Below, piece after piece: positions 29,925 to 38,757 of a DNA stretch of 64,000 bases (position 1 is its first letter; each line of letters opens with the position of its first letter). A model generated the notes under the pieces. That model worked only from the letters and a program-made list of their open reading frames with translations, did not search any database and was not told the DNA's origin. The position numbers were made by a program, and so were the translations under genes. Origin of the DNA: Candidatus Azotimanducaceae bacterium. Lineage in GTDB: Bacteria > Pseudomonadota > Gammaproteobacteria > Pseudomonadales > Azotimanducaceae. Where the stretch lies: the NCBI GenBank assembly GCA_965662805.1, contig CBFIJB010000007.1, positions 81,625 through 145,624 on the forward strand, given 5' to 3'.

Positions 29925-30967
29925 TCATTCACGGGTGGCCACATGCGTTTCATGGCATTGGGCCCGGCGATGAGGCTGACATGGCCGCCCTTAAGCACGA
30001 GTTCCTGCTTGTCTTGAGAGCCCACCAGATCCAGCAGAGGTTTGGTCGCCTCATAGGGTGCGATGTGATCGTGCTGTGCCATGACGTTCATCAGCGGCAC
30101 TTTGACGTTCTTCAGGTCGGCAACCTTGCCGTGTTGTTTCAGCTCACCTTTGAAGAGGCGGTTTTCCCACATCAGTTCCCGGGTACAGTCCCGGTGATAC
30201 GCGCCCGGTAACGGCAGTGTCTCATCACCCCAGCGCTGGAACGCCCGGTAAGACTTCACGAAATCGTCATTCCAAAGCTGGTCCCAGAGCCTGAGCTGTC
30301 CAGCGGTTCTCTGTGCCGGGCGCAGCATCTCAAAGGAGTTGGTGATGAAATCCGCCGGGATAATGCCCAGGGTTTCAACCATGTTATCCAGATCCATGTA
30401 TTCCTCGTTTGACCAGAGTCTGAACAGGCCCATCTGGTGCATATCGATCGGTGTTGTCAGGCAGACAAGATTGTTAAGTGGACCTTCAGGGTGTGTTGCC
30501 GCATAGATCAGGGACAGTACGCCACCCTGGCAATAGCCCATGATATTGATGTCCTGCTCGCCGGTGCATTCGAGTACAGCATCGACACAGGTGGGCAGAA
30601 AACCCTGAGTATAATCTTCCAGGCCAAGACCTCGCTCCTGCATGGTGGGCGGCGCCCAGTCGATCATGAATACATCGTAGCCCTCGTTCAGCAGGTACTC
30701 CACCATGCTCTGTCCCGGCAGTATGTCGAAGAGGTAGCCTTTGTTCGTGGTTGCCATGACAATCAATAGCGGAATGCGATAAACCTCATCGACGACGGGT
30801 TCATAGTGGTACAGACGCATGGTGCCCTGCTCAAGAATCACTTCCTTCGGCGTCAGACCGACAGCGGCGCTGCCGGACCTGACATAGTCGATGCCCTTGA
30901 CGCTTCTTTGAATGGTCTTTTCAACCATATCCCGCATCTGGGATGTCATCTGAGCCTGCTCACTCAT
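29900..30967 (-). CDS. phaC: Class III/IV-type PHA synthase catalytic subunit PhaC
   Basis: 355 aa, the characteristic size. The lipase-box-like motif MGYCQGG carries the catalytic Cys. ATGA overlap with the upstream phaE-like gene. Confidence 0.9.
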   Translation of the reverse strand: MSEQAQMTSQMRDMVEKTIQRSVKGIDYVRSGSAAVGLTPKEVILEQGTMRLYHYEPVVDEVYRIPLLIVMATTNKGYLFDILPGQSMVEYLLNEGYDVFMIDWAPPTMQERGLGLEDYTQGFLPTCVDAVLECTGEQDINIMGYCQGGVLSLIYAATHPEGPLNNLVCLTTPIDMHQMGLFRLWSNEEYMDLDNMVETLGIIPADFITNSFEMLRPAQRTAGQLRLWDQLWNDDFVKSYRAFQRWGDETLPLPGAYHRDCTRELMWENRLFKGELKQHGKVADLKNVKVPLMNVMAQHDHIAPYEATKPLLDLVGSQDKQELVLKGGHVSLIAGPNAMKRMWPPVNEWLAERSV

Positions 30968-31374
30968 GATTGGCCTCCTTCCGCAGACTTTTCATCTTTT
31001 TCAGCGGCACCCTTCTTTGCCGGTGGTTTCCGGGTTCGTTTAGGACCAGGTTTTTTCGCGCCTGGATCCTCAAAGCCAATATTGGTTTTGGTCAGAGCTT
31101 TTTCAATGTGTGCCAGACGCGCCTCGATTTCCCGTAACTGCTCGCTGATGGTGATGACATCGTCCCGGCTTGGCATATTGAAGTTGGCCAGCTGCTGGGC
31201 CATCGCGACTGAGAAATTTTTCTGGAATTCCAGCTGCGTCTTCTGCCATTGGTTGATGGAACGCGAGAATTCGTCCGTGCCCATGACCTGATTCGAGAAC
31301 TCATTGAAAGCGCGTTCCCACTGGGTAACCAGCTCGGAGAAATCCTGCTGGGGTGCGGAGGGTTTGTCTGCCAT
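30964..31374 (-). CDS. phaE: Short PhaE/PhaR-like PHA synthase partner subunit with Lys/Pro-rich C-terminal tail
   Basis: Start at ATG 31374 (MADKPSAPQQDFSEL...). Contains NMPSRDDVITISEQLREIEARLAHIEKAL and the tail KKPGPKRTRKPPAKKGAAEKDEK. Translationally coupled to phaC. Only 136 aa. Confidence 0.65.
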   Translation of the reverse strand: MADKPSAPQQDFSELVTQWERAFNEFSNQVMGTDEFSRSINQWQKTQLEFQKNFSVAMAQQLANFNMPSRDDVITISEQLREIEARLAHIEKALTKTNIGFEDPGAKKPGPKRTRKPPAKKGAAEKDEKSAEGGQS

Positions 31375-31403
31375 GTCGTGCTCGTCTGGGAGTGGTTGAT
31401 GAA

Positions 31404-31420
31404 GTGTAACGCGGTTACAC
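31404..31420. promoter_or_regulatory. Perfect 7-3-7 palindrome GTGTAACgcgGTTACAC in the 53-bp divergent phaE / MaoC-like intergenic region (candidate operator)
   Basis: Read directly from the sequence. The palindrome lies 8 nt upstream of ATG 31428 and 30 nt upstream of ATG 31374 on the other strand. Confidence 0.5.
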
Positions 31421-31427
31421 TCTGAAT

Positions 31428-31877
31428 ATGAATCTACCAGATGAATCTGCAATAAAGAGTATCGTTGGGCATGAGTTCCCCGGTGGCGAATATGCCATCG
31501 CCCACTGGGAGAATTTTCTGCTGACTGAATGTACCGGTGCCGAGGCGCTGCCGGATGGGCTTGCGCACCCGGTTGCACTGTTCCACGTGCCCATTCTTGG
31601 TGCGCAAACCACCATTGGTGAAATGTTCCAGCTTGGACAGGCAACCTCTGAGTTTTCCATTGGTATAGAAAGCTACGACTGGGAAATCTTTCAGTCACTC
31701 AGAGAAGAGTTGACCTACCAGATATCCGGCAGGATTGTGGGTGCCGAACGATGCCAGCATGCCGATGGCCGTATTTACGACCGAATATCCTTTCAGTTTG
31801 ACCTTGCCCATGATGGCGAAGCCGTCGCCAGAACCACCATTATCTGGCACTACAACAGAGGGGCTTCAGATGATTAA
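31428..31877 (+). CDS. Hotdog-fold protein (MaoC N-terminal-like / dehydratase partner subunit)
   Basis: 149 aa. The ORF overlaps the following MaoC-like gene by 8 nt (ATGATTAA). The fold assignment rests on context and composition only. Confidence 0.6.
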   Translation: MNLPDESAIKSIVGHEFPGGEYAIAHWENFLLTECTGAEALPDGLAHPVALFHVPILGAQTTIGEMFQLGQATSEFSIGIESYDWEIFQSLREELTYQISGRIVGAERCQHADGRIYDRISFQFDLAHDGEAVARTTIIWHYNRGASDD

Positions 31878-32265
31878 AGTCGGATTTGAAATTCCGTCGT
31901 GGGAAATGCCCTCGGTATCCCGGGCGCGAATGCGCACCATGGCAGCAATCCTGAGAGACCCGAATCCTGTTCACTGGGACGATGAGCTCTGTAATTCGTT
32001 GCCTCTGGGCACCGGAAAACGAACCATCAACCAGGGTCCCCTGGGGCTCAGCTATATGATCAATATGCTGCATGACTGGGCAGGCCCGGAATGTGTCCGC
32101 CGTGTCTACATGACTTTCCCGAAGGTTGTGTTAAGTGAAGATCAGGTCACTGCTAAAGGTGTGGTGACAGACGTTCGTGATGATGGAACCGTTGACTGTG
32201 ATATCTGGCTGGAACGCGACGGTGAGCGTCTGCTGGAAGGCAAGGCAACCGTCCAGCTGGATTAA
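31870..32265 (+). CDS. MaoC-like (R)-specific enoyl-CoA hydratase / dehydratase
   Basis: Start at ATG 31870. Contains RDPNPVHWDDE, the MaoC hydratase motif region. 131 aa. Confidence 0.75.
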   Translation: MIKVGFEIPSWEMPSVSRARMRTMAAILRDPNPVHWDDELCNSLPLGTGKRTINQGPLGLSYMINMLHDWAGPECVRRVYMTFPKVVLSEDQVTAKGVVTDVRDDGTVDCDIWLERDGERLLEGKATVQLD

Positions 32266-32327
32266 GCCATTTGCGAAATCGCAACAAGACACTGTCTGCC
32301 TGCCCATCCACTGACATCACCCCTTGT

Positions 32328-32852
32328 TCATTTGGTCGCCCGTCGGGAAAAGTAAGCTTCTCTGGGTTCAAACGTAGGTTCGTCGCTGAAGTTTTCCTCA
32401 ACCCAGGCCAGCGCGTCTTCTTTGCTTGCTGAAGCATCCCAGGGTTTTCCCTGCGGCTGCGCGACATGCCAGGGGGTATCCCAGAATACTTCGATGCCGT
32501 TACCTTCCGGGTCATTGAAATAAACCGACAGGGTATTGCCATGAGACAGCGGCAGGCACTCAATACCATCCATCTCGCTCAGCACCTTGTTGAGGCTGGT
32601 GACGGCTTCGAAGCTTTCAACGCGAAAGGCAAAGTGATTGACTGAATTGCTGGCGCCCTCATCCTGCCGTGCAGTCACCATGGCAAGCTGATGATGCTCG
32701 TTCGGATCCTGACTCATGAAGATAATCTCAGGACCACCATCGCCCAAAGGACCCTGATCTGTTATCTCGAAACCCAGTACCCTGCGATAAAAATCCAGCA
32801 TTCTATCCTTGTCTTTCACGTAGAGAACAGCGTGTGACCAGCTTAGTTTCAT
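32328..32852 (-). CDS. VOC-family protein (glyoxalase / extradiol-dioxygenase-like)
   Basis: LSWSHAVLYVKDKDRMLDFYRRVLGFE and VNHFAFRVESFEAV are typical VOC modules. 174 aa. Confidence 0.8.
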   Translation of the reverse strand: MKLSWSHAVLYVKDKDRMLDFYRRVLGFEITDQGPLGDGGPEIIFMSQDPNEHHQLAMVTARQDEGASNSVNHFAFRVESFEAVTSLNKVLSEMDGIECLPLSHGNTLSVYFNDPEGNGIEVFWDTPWHVAQPQGKPWDASASKEDALAWVEENFSDEPTFEPREAYFSRRATK

Positions 32853-32881
32853 TGTCTTGTTCCTTCTTTAAAGCCAATAAA

Positions 32882-34438
32882 TTAAGGCCTTTTATAGTTT
32901 GTAAGCGCTAACAAACTAGCGGCTTTTCTGATCAGATCGTTGATGGAAATCTGATCGGTTGTATGTCCAAGAACAATGCGGTCGGGTCTGATTAGAGCCG
33001 CCGAATGTTCTTCAAAAAGTCGATCGAATCTGCCGCGTGTCAGCTCAAGTTCATTCAGGCTGACCAGCTTTGCCCCGAGGTGGTCGAGTATCTCGTGTGA
33101 AGCTTTGGTTAGATCGACAGGCTCTTGTTTGCAGACGAGTGCAAACCCGGATCCGAGCAGTTCATCCAGTTTCACTTCCTCACCTTCATTCATGACGTCG
33201 GGTTGGTTGAACAGGTAGCCGGTAGATCCCCTGTCGCTGACCTGATCGATCATGACAGCGCCGTTCCTGATTGGTGGTTGTTCCCGACCCTGACCATAAC
33301 CGGATGATTTCATTTGCGCCGGAGCCGGGGGTGGTGCGCGATTTTCACGTGTGGCTTTTTCCACCTCGGCTGTATGGTCCATCAGTTTGCCGATGTTGAC
33401 TGCCCAGTCGACCAGGTCGTGAGCGTGTCCACCTCGTTCAAGTTCGTAACTATCCAGCAGCGCATCGCCGGCTTTCCCCTGAATGACCAGCGGCAGTTTC
33501 CAGCTCAGGTTGATGGCATCACGCATACCTGCGTTCATCCCCTGGCCAAGGAAAGGCGGTGTCTGATGGGCGGCGTCGCCGGCAATGAATACGTTTCCAG
33601 CGCGCCATCGATCTGCGGTTGACGCATGAAACTGGTAAACCGCGGTGCGACGAATGTCGTAGGTGCCTCTTGGTGTCCAGGCATCGATCAGTGACAGAAC
33701 CTTTTCTTCCTGCTGCATCTCTTCTGCAGTTTCACCGGGGTTGAACTTGAATTCCCAGCGCCGATAAGGATCTTTGGTGCAGACGTAGGTCTGAATCCGA
33801 TCCGGGTCGCAAACCTGCAGTGTATCGTTGCCCAGGGTGTGTCCATCTTTGATTACCACATCCACAACCAGCCAGTCGCAGTCATAACCCAGACTCTGCC
33901 ATCCGATATCAAAACTGCGTCTCACAAAACTGGACGCGCCGTCACATCCGATCGCATAGGCAGCGCGGACGGACTCGGGTTCTCCGTGCCTGGCAAACCC
34001 GACAGTTACCTGTCCGTCATGGTTGATGATGTCTGTAACCTCGTGACCGACGAAGCTGGTAATACCCGGATGTTCGAGGACCTGTTCGCGCAGATAGGTT
34101 TCAAACTCCGGCTGATCAAACATGTTGGTGGGTTGCCAGCCATTGGCACCAAAGGCTATGAAGTCCTGGCCGAACAGCCATTGTCTACGGGAATTAGCAA
34201 AACCGGCGCGATCTCCTGGCCTCAGAGACTGCATCATCGCATCGACCGCTTTGGCCCGGTCAATCCGTTGAAACGCCCTGATGATTTCACCGTCAAGGTT
34301 GACGGCACGCGGCAACTGATAAACGGCTTCATCCCGTTCAATCGCAACGACTTTCAGGCCTGCGTCAGCGAGAAACAGGGCTGCCGTACAACCTACAGGA
34401 CCGAGTCCGATGATCGCGATGTCAAAAGTTTGCATCAT
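32882..34438 (-). CDS. FAD-dependent aromatic-ring monooxygenase (MhpA/PheA-TfdB-like)
   Basis: FDIAIIGLGPVGCTAALFLADAGLKVVAIER (GxGxxG) and GNVFIAGDAAHQTPPFLGQGMNAGMRDAINLSWKL. Confidence 0.88.
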   Translation of the reverse strand: MMQTFDIAIIGLGPVGCTAALFLADAGLKVVAIERDEAVYQLPRAVNLDGEIIRAFQRIDRAKAVDAMMQSLRPGDRAGFANSRRQWLFGQDFIAFGANGWQPTNMFDQPEFETYLREQVLEHPGITSFVGHEVTDIINHDGQVTVGFARHGEPESVRAAYAIGCDGASSFVRRSFDIGWQSLGYDCDWLVVDVVIKDGHTLGNDTLQVCDPDRIQTYVCTKDPYRRWEFKFNPGETAEEMQQEEKVLSLIDAWTPRGTYDIRRTAVYQFHASTADRWRAGNVFIAGDAAHQTPPFLGQGMNAGMRDAINLSWKLPLVIQGKAGDALLDSYELERGGHAHDLVDWAVNIGKLMDHTAEVEKATRENRAPPPAPAQMKSSGYGQGREQPPIRNGAVMIDQVSDRGSTGYLFNQPDVMNEGEEVKLDELLGSGFALVCKQEPVDLTKASHEILDHLGAKLVSLNELELTRGRFDRLFEEHSAALIRPDRIVLGHTTDQISINDLIRKAASLLALTNYKRP

Positions 34439-34450
34439 GCCGGAATATAA

Positions 34451-34496
34451 TTGACTACAGTCAATAAATTAAAATATCATTTATGACTCCAGTCAA
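34451..34496. promoter_or_regulatory. Two copies of a TGACTnnAGTCA palindrome with shared AATAAAT flank (candidate TetR operators)
   Basis: TTGACTACAGTCAATAAAT starts at 34451 and TGACTCCAGTCAATAAAT starts at 34484. Both sit in the 72-bp AT-rich divergent region between the monooxygenase gene and the TetR gene. Confidence 0.6.
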
Positions 34497-34510
34497 TAAA
34501 TGAATAAGAG

Positions 34511-35197
34511 ATGCTACCAGAACAGTCGGGCAGGGTGGAACTGACCGAATCCAGAGTGGATCGAAAACGCCGGGAAGCCAGAGAGCGCCTCATTCGCGAG
34601 GCTGAGCGCCTGATGCGCTCAAAGCCCGTGGATGAAGTGACTATCTCTGAGATTACCGAGGCAGCGGATGTCGGGCACGGTAGTTTTTACCTGCACTTCA
34701 AGTCAAAGAATGAGGTGTTGGTACCTATCATTCAGAAAGAAGGCATGCGCTGGGATGAACTGATTCAGGCCAGGGTGAAGGGCATGGATGATCCTGCAGA
34801 AGTACTGGCCTTTTCTGCGCGGCAAATGGGTCGGGTAATTGCGGGTGATGAGCTCTGGCGCTGGTTTCTGAAGCACTCCGGTGTCCCGGCAGAAGACATG
34901 AGAAATGCCATTGGCGCCTACAGCGCGCGTGACATGGGTCGGGGTCTTCTGTCCGGGCGGTTCAATGTGCCCGAGGTTTCGATTGGTTCTGCCTTTATGA
35001 TTGGTGGTTTTGTACAGGGCATGCTCGCAGCATTTGAGTCTAACGAATCGGGTAAGGCGATCGATCAGATTGTTGAAATGCTGTTGCGCACGCTGGGGGT
35101 GCTGCCAGATGAAGCCAGGCAACTGGCGCATAAGGCGCTGCCTGAGATAGTGCCACAGGGTCTTGCTTCTGCACCTGGTCCATCCAGAGATATGTAA
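34511..35197 (+). CDS. TetR-family transcriptional regulator
   Basis: The N-terminal helix-turn-helix region VTISEITEAADVGHGSFYLHFKSKNEVL is typical of TetR_N. Confidence 0.88.
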   Translation: MLPEQSGRVELTESRVDRKRREARERLIREAERLMRSKPVDEVTISEITEAADVGHGSFYLHFKSKNEVLVPIIQKEGMRWDELIQARVKGMDDPAEVLAFSARQMGRVIAGDELWRWFLKHSGVPAEDMRNAIGAYSARDMGRGLLSGRFNVPEVSIGSAFMIGGFVQGMLAAFESNESGKAIDQIVEMLLRTLGVLPDEARQLAHKALPEIVPQGLASAPGPSRDM

Positions 35198-35266
35198 CTT
35201 ATTCGCAACGATACGAACTGAATCTGAGCGGCCGGGCACTGGCGGCTAACCTTTAAGGAGAAAATC

Positions 35267-36136
35267 ATGAAACTGGCAACCTATCAATCCAAAGCAGGTG
35301 GTGAACCACAGGTCGGTGTCGTTGTAGATAACGACATTATCAATCTGGCTTCCTGTGGTTTCGCGGGTGATATGAAATCGCTGCTTGCTTCAGGGCTCGC
35401 TATCGATACGATCGAAGCCAGCCTTGCGAAAGGTGACCGTCAATCCCTGGCTGATGTGCATCTGATGGCTCCGGTTACCAACCCGGGCAAAGTCCTCGCC
35501 ATTGGTTTGAACTATGGTGACCATATCGAAGAGAGCGGCATGGAACCGCCGAAGCACCAGGTCTGGTTTAACAAACAGCATAACTGTATCAATGGTCCGT
35601 ATGATGATATCAATCTGCCTTCAGTGTCTCCAATGCTGGATTACGAGGCTGAACTTTGCCTGGTGATCAGCAAGACCTGCAAGCATGTGCCCAGGGATCG
35701 TGCTCATGAAGTGATCGGTGGCTACTTCTGCGGCAACGATGTGAGTGTTCGAGACTGGCAGATTCGGGTGCAGACCTTTCAGATTGGCAAATCCTTTGAC
35801 ACCCATGGTCCTGTTGGTCCCTGGCTGGTGACGCCGGATGAAGTGGGTGATCCTCATAGCCTCAGCATCAGGTGCACGGTGAACGGTGAGGAACGACAGA
35901 ACTCCAACACGAAGCACCTTATTTTTGATTGCTATGACGCCATTGAGCATCTGACCCAGGCGTTTACTCTGGATGCAGGTGACATTCTGTTTATGGGCAC
36001 GCCCGCCGGTGTCGGGGCGGCCATGAAACCACCTTCCTGGCTGGTAGAAGGCGACAAGGTACGCGTCGAAATAGAGAAGCTTGGCTATATTGAGAACACG
36101 GTCGCGCCTGAAGTTGCTGAAACGGTGATTGGCTGA
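35267..36136 (+). CDS. Fumarylacetoacetate hydrolase (FAH) family protein
   Basis: VLAIGLNYGDHIEE, DYEAELCLVI and FMGTPAGVG are typical of the FAH family. SD AAGGAG lies upstream. Confidence 0.88.
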   Translation: MKLATYQSKAGGEPQVGVVVDNDIINLASCGFAGDMKSLLASGLAIDTIEASLAKGDRQSLADVHLMAPVTNPGKVLAIGLNYGDHIEESGMEPPKHQVWFNKQHNCINGPYDDINLPSVSPMLDYEAELCLVISKTCKHVPRDRAHEVIGGYFCGNDVSVRDWQIRVQTFQIGKSFDTHGPVGPWLVTPDEVGDPHSLSIRCTVNGEERQNSNTKHLIFDCYDAIEHLTQAFTLDAGDILFMGTPAGVGAAMKPPSWLVEGDKVRVEIEKLGYIENTVAPEVAETVIG

Positions 36137-36156
36137 CCCAACAGGTTGTTCAGCCT

Positions 36157-37203
36157 TCAGGGTTCGATATGAACGATGGTGTCACTGCCGAATGGCAGTT
36201 CAAACCAGTCGCCATCATCCGTGATGACCCAGTTTTCCGGCAGATCACGTTCGAATATCTGCTCCATGATGAGGTTCCCTGGCACCGGGACCAGGTGATA
36301 GTAGCCAACCATGCCGACTTCCACCTTGTTCTTTAGCGCCACCAGTGATTCGACGGAAGCGTGGTAGTCCAGCACATCGTTCATGATCTTCGACAGTCGA
36401 TTCAGTTCTGCCTGATCTGCTGCTTTGGCCATGGTCGTTATCAGTGGTGTGGATAAGGCGTCGTGCAACAGGAGATCGGCGCCACTCGTAATCGCGATGG
36501 TTTCACTGGTGACATTGCTGTCGCCCGAAACCACGACGCTTCGGCCGCGGTAATCGAAACGATAACCCAGAGCAGGAGAAGCAGGATCATGGTTGGCGAG
36601 ATAGGCCGTAATCGTCAGATCTCCGTCTTCCATAATCAGATCTTCGTTCACGGTTTCATGTGCCAGCTTGCCAAGATGTTCAGGCAGCAGGTCTGCGCCA
36701 TGATGTTCAATCCGGTAACCACGATCCAGTTCATAGGTGTCGTTGATGCCATTCACGATTTTGCGCACACCCCGGGGGCCAAACACTTTCATGGGTTCCG
36801 GTCTGCCTCGCACCCATGATGCAAGGTTCACTTCATAAAGTTCGGCAATATGGTCCGAGTGAAAGTGCGTCAGCAGCACGCCCTGCAGACGGCTCATGGG
36901 CAGATTCGCCCTCTGGATCTCCGCAGCAGCACCTGCACCAACATCAACCAGATAAAAGTGCGAGGGTGTCATGACTGCCACGCAGGCCTGGGCGCGATCA
37001 GACACGCCCAGTGGTGAGGCGGTTCCGCACATGAACACGCGCAGCGCATCCGGTTGAGGAAGTCCTTCACTGTTCCGTTTCATGGCGGCTCTCGCCATCT
37101 GATCCATGGCGGTATCCTGCATGCCCTCGAACTCCAGGGAGTAGCGAAGCAGGCCGCCCAGGACGACGATGGCAAACACCAGGTACAACAGAAATTTTTT
37201 CAT
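36157..37203 (-). CDS. MBL-fold metallo-hydrolase (exported/membrane-anchored)
   Basis: N-terminal hydrophobic segment MKKFLLYLVFAIVVLGG and the HxHxDH motif in LLTHFHSDHI. Confidence 0.8.
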   Translation of the reverse strand: MKKFLLYLVFAIVVLGGLLRYSLEFEGMQDTAMDQMARAAMKRNSEGLPQPDALRVFMCGTASPLGVSDRAQACVAVMTPSHFYLVDVGAGAAAEIQRANLPMSRLQGVLLTHFHSDHIAELYEVNLASWVRGRPEPMKVFGPRGVRKIVNGINDTYELDRGYRIEHHGADLLPEHLGKLAHETVNEDLIMEDGDLTITAYLANHDPASPALGYRFDYRGRSVVVSGDSNVTSETIAITSGADLLLHDALSTPLITTMAKAADQAELNRLSKIMNDVLDYHASVESLVALKNKVEVGMVGYYHLVPVPGNLIMEQIFERDLPENWVITDDGDWFELPFGSDTIVHIEP

Positions 37204-38495
37204 GCGATATCTCCATTCCGTTCAGTCGTCGCTTTTGAGCGTCTGGCAATCTCGGTCTCAACCAGCCATAAACGGTCCTGACCCCAGCAGCTGAACGGCG
37301 GTGCGTCACCGCCACTGACGCGAAAACTGGGCACGCCCCATAATCCTGCAGCGAGCATATCGTTCACATTACTTTCCAGCAGAGGCTCCCAGTCCTCGTT
37401 GTCCATACTGTTCCTTGCTTCTTCCCAATGGATTCCGACGGATTCGACGATTTTCTGCAAGCCCGCTTCCTCTGTGATATCAATGCCGCGTGTCCATGCT
37501 GCGCGCAGATACTCTCCGCAAAACTCAGTGGCCCTGCCCTTGGATTCCATCAATGGCAGCAGAGAAAAAGCCCGCTTAACCGGCTCGCCGAACGGATCTA
37601 CAATCGGACCGAACGGCTGATTGTAATAGTCCGCTTCTCTTTTTGTGTCTGTCATGATGTAGAACTGTTTATAACGTGGCGCTGGCACACCACGCATCAT
37701 CATTGGCATGACGGGTCGCAGCTTCAGCTGGGCACCGGTGCGTTTTACCATCTCAATGGTGCGGTCATAACTGATCGCCGTATAGGGGCTTCTCAGCGAC
37801 GGGAAGTACTCCAGAACGACATCAGCGGCCGTGCCGGCAACGGCCTCAGGCAGCGGTCTGGGTACGCAGATACCGGAAGGTTCTCGAGAGAAGCCCATGT
37901 CTCTCAGACGGTTCTCCAGATGAATCAGCCGATCTACACCCCAGTACCACTCACCCTCGAAATAGAAAGTTGCCCCCAGCCAATGACCGAGTTTATGTCG
38001 CCAGGCTGAACCTTGTTCTGTGGCGTCCGTCGGTGCGCCATCGACATCGAGTGTTCCTGACCAGAGTGCCTCGCCAACCTGCACCGCGCGTTCCGGAAAC
38101 TCGCTGGATTGCAGATAGCCGGCCAGATAGCGTTCGCCGGCAGCGACCTGCTCTGCTGCTGGTGCATCAATGGCGGTGGGTAGTCGGGCGTCATAAAAGG
38201 GCGCGATGCTTCTGGCATCCTGCAGGGCCCAGCTTGTAAACCGGTTGCTGTCCCCCTGTTCTTCAGCGCTGGGCTGTCCAGCCAGATGATACTTAAATCT
38301 CACGGCGTAGCGATCTACCAGACTTGCCAGTTTCTGGGCGGCGAGATGACTGTACGGATCGTCTGCCTGGTGAAAGTAGTGCACAACCGGCGCGCCGCGC
38401 CTGCGCAGTCGACCGGATAGATGAGTCAGTCTACGGCGCTGATCGCTGATGAGTGCGCCCATGAGCAGGCGCTTTATGATGATTCGGGGTTTCAT
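37200..38495 (-). CDS. Two-domain DsbA-like / 2-hydroxychromene-2-carboxylate isomerase family protein
   Basis: There are two thioredoxin-like starts, VVHYFHQADDPYSHLAAQKL and VLEYFPSLRSPYTAISYD. Contains WGVPSF near the C-terminus. ATGA-type overlap with the MBL gene. Confidence 0.7.
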   Translation of the reverse strand: MKPRIIIKRLLMGALISDQRRRLTHLSGRLRRRGAPVVHYFHQADDPYSHLAAQKLASLVDRYAVRFKYHLAGQPSAEEQGDSNRFTSWALQDARSIAPFYDARLPTAIDAPAAEQVAAGERYLAGYLQSSEFPERAVQVGEALWSGTLDVDGAPTDATEQGSAWRHKLGHWLGATFYFEGEWYWGVDRLIHLENRLRDMGFSREPSGICVPRPLPEAVAGTAADVVLEYFPSLRSPYTAISYDRTIEMVKRTGAQLKLRPVMPMMMRGVPAPRYKQFYIMTDTKREADYYNQPFGPIVDPFGEPVKRAFSLLPLMESKGRATEFCGEYLRAAWTRGIDITEEAGLQKIVESVGIHWEEARNSMDNEDWEPLLESNVNDMLAAGLWGVPSFRVSGGDAPPFSCWGQDRLWLVETEIARRSKATTERNGDIA

Positions 38496-38553
38496 GGGGC
38501 CAGTATATAGTGCTATCGCTGCAAGCGGGGTAGATGCGATTCAGTGGGGTTGA

Positions 38554-38757
38554 TCAGGACTCATTGCCGCGCTTGTAGTTTCCGGTAAGTCGCGCCATTC
38601 GATGTTGCTGATTTTCCTCGTTGGACGATTCGCAAAATGTCAGAAACTTCGCCGCCTGCGTTCCCTTGAGCTTTGTCGCCGGCCTGCCTTGATGCCAGAT
38701 GGTGACGAGCCCATCGCGTGTTGCGTGATAACTGAATCCCTGTGGCTTGTTACTCAC
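38554..38757 (-). CDS. Small conserved hypothetical protein
   Basis: GTG at 38757 overlaps the stop of the upstream gene. The 67-aa product ends ...QQHRMARLTGNYKRGNES. The longer track ORF (to 38832) would overlap the upstream gene by 83 nt. Confidence 0.5.
   Translation of the reverse strand: MSNKPQGFSYHATRDGLVTIWHQGRPATKLKGTQAAKFLTFCESSNEENQQHRMARLTGNYKRGNES

Noticed and set aside
30964-31698. Long form (244 aa) of the phaE-like ORF
   Set aside because: The upstream 108 codons overlap the divergent hotdog gene and read as low-complexity His/Arg/Gln junk. ATG 31374 gives a compact protein that starts just after the intergenic palindrome.
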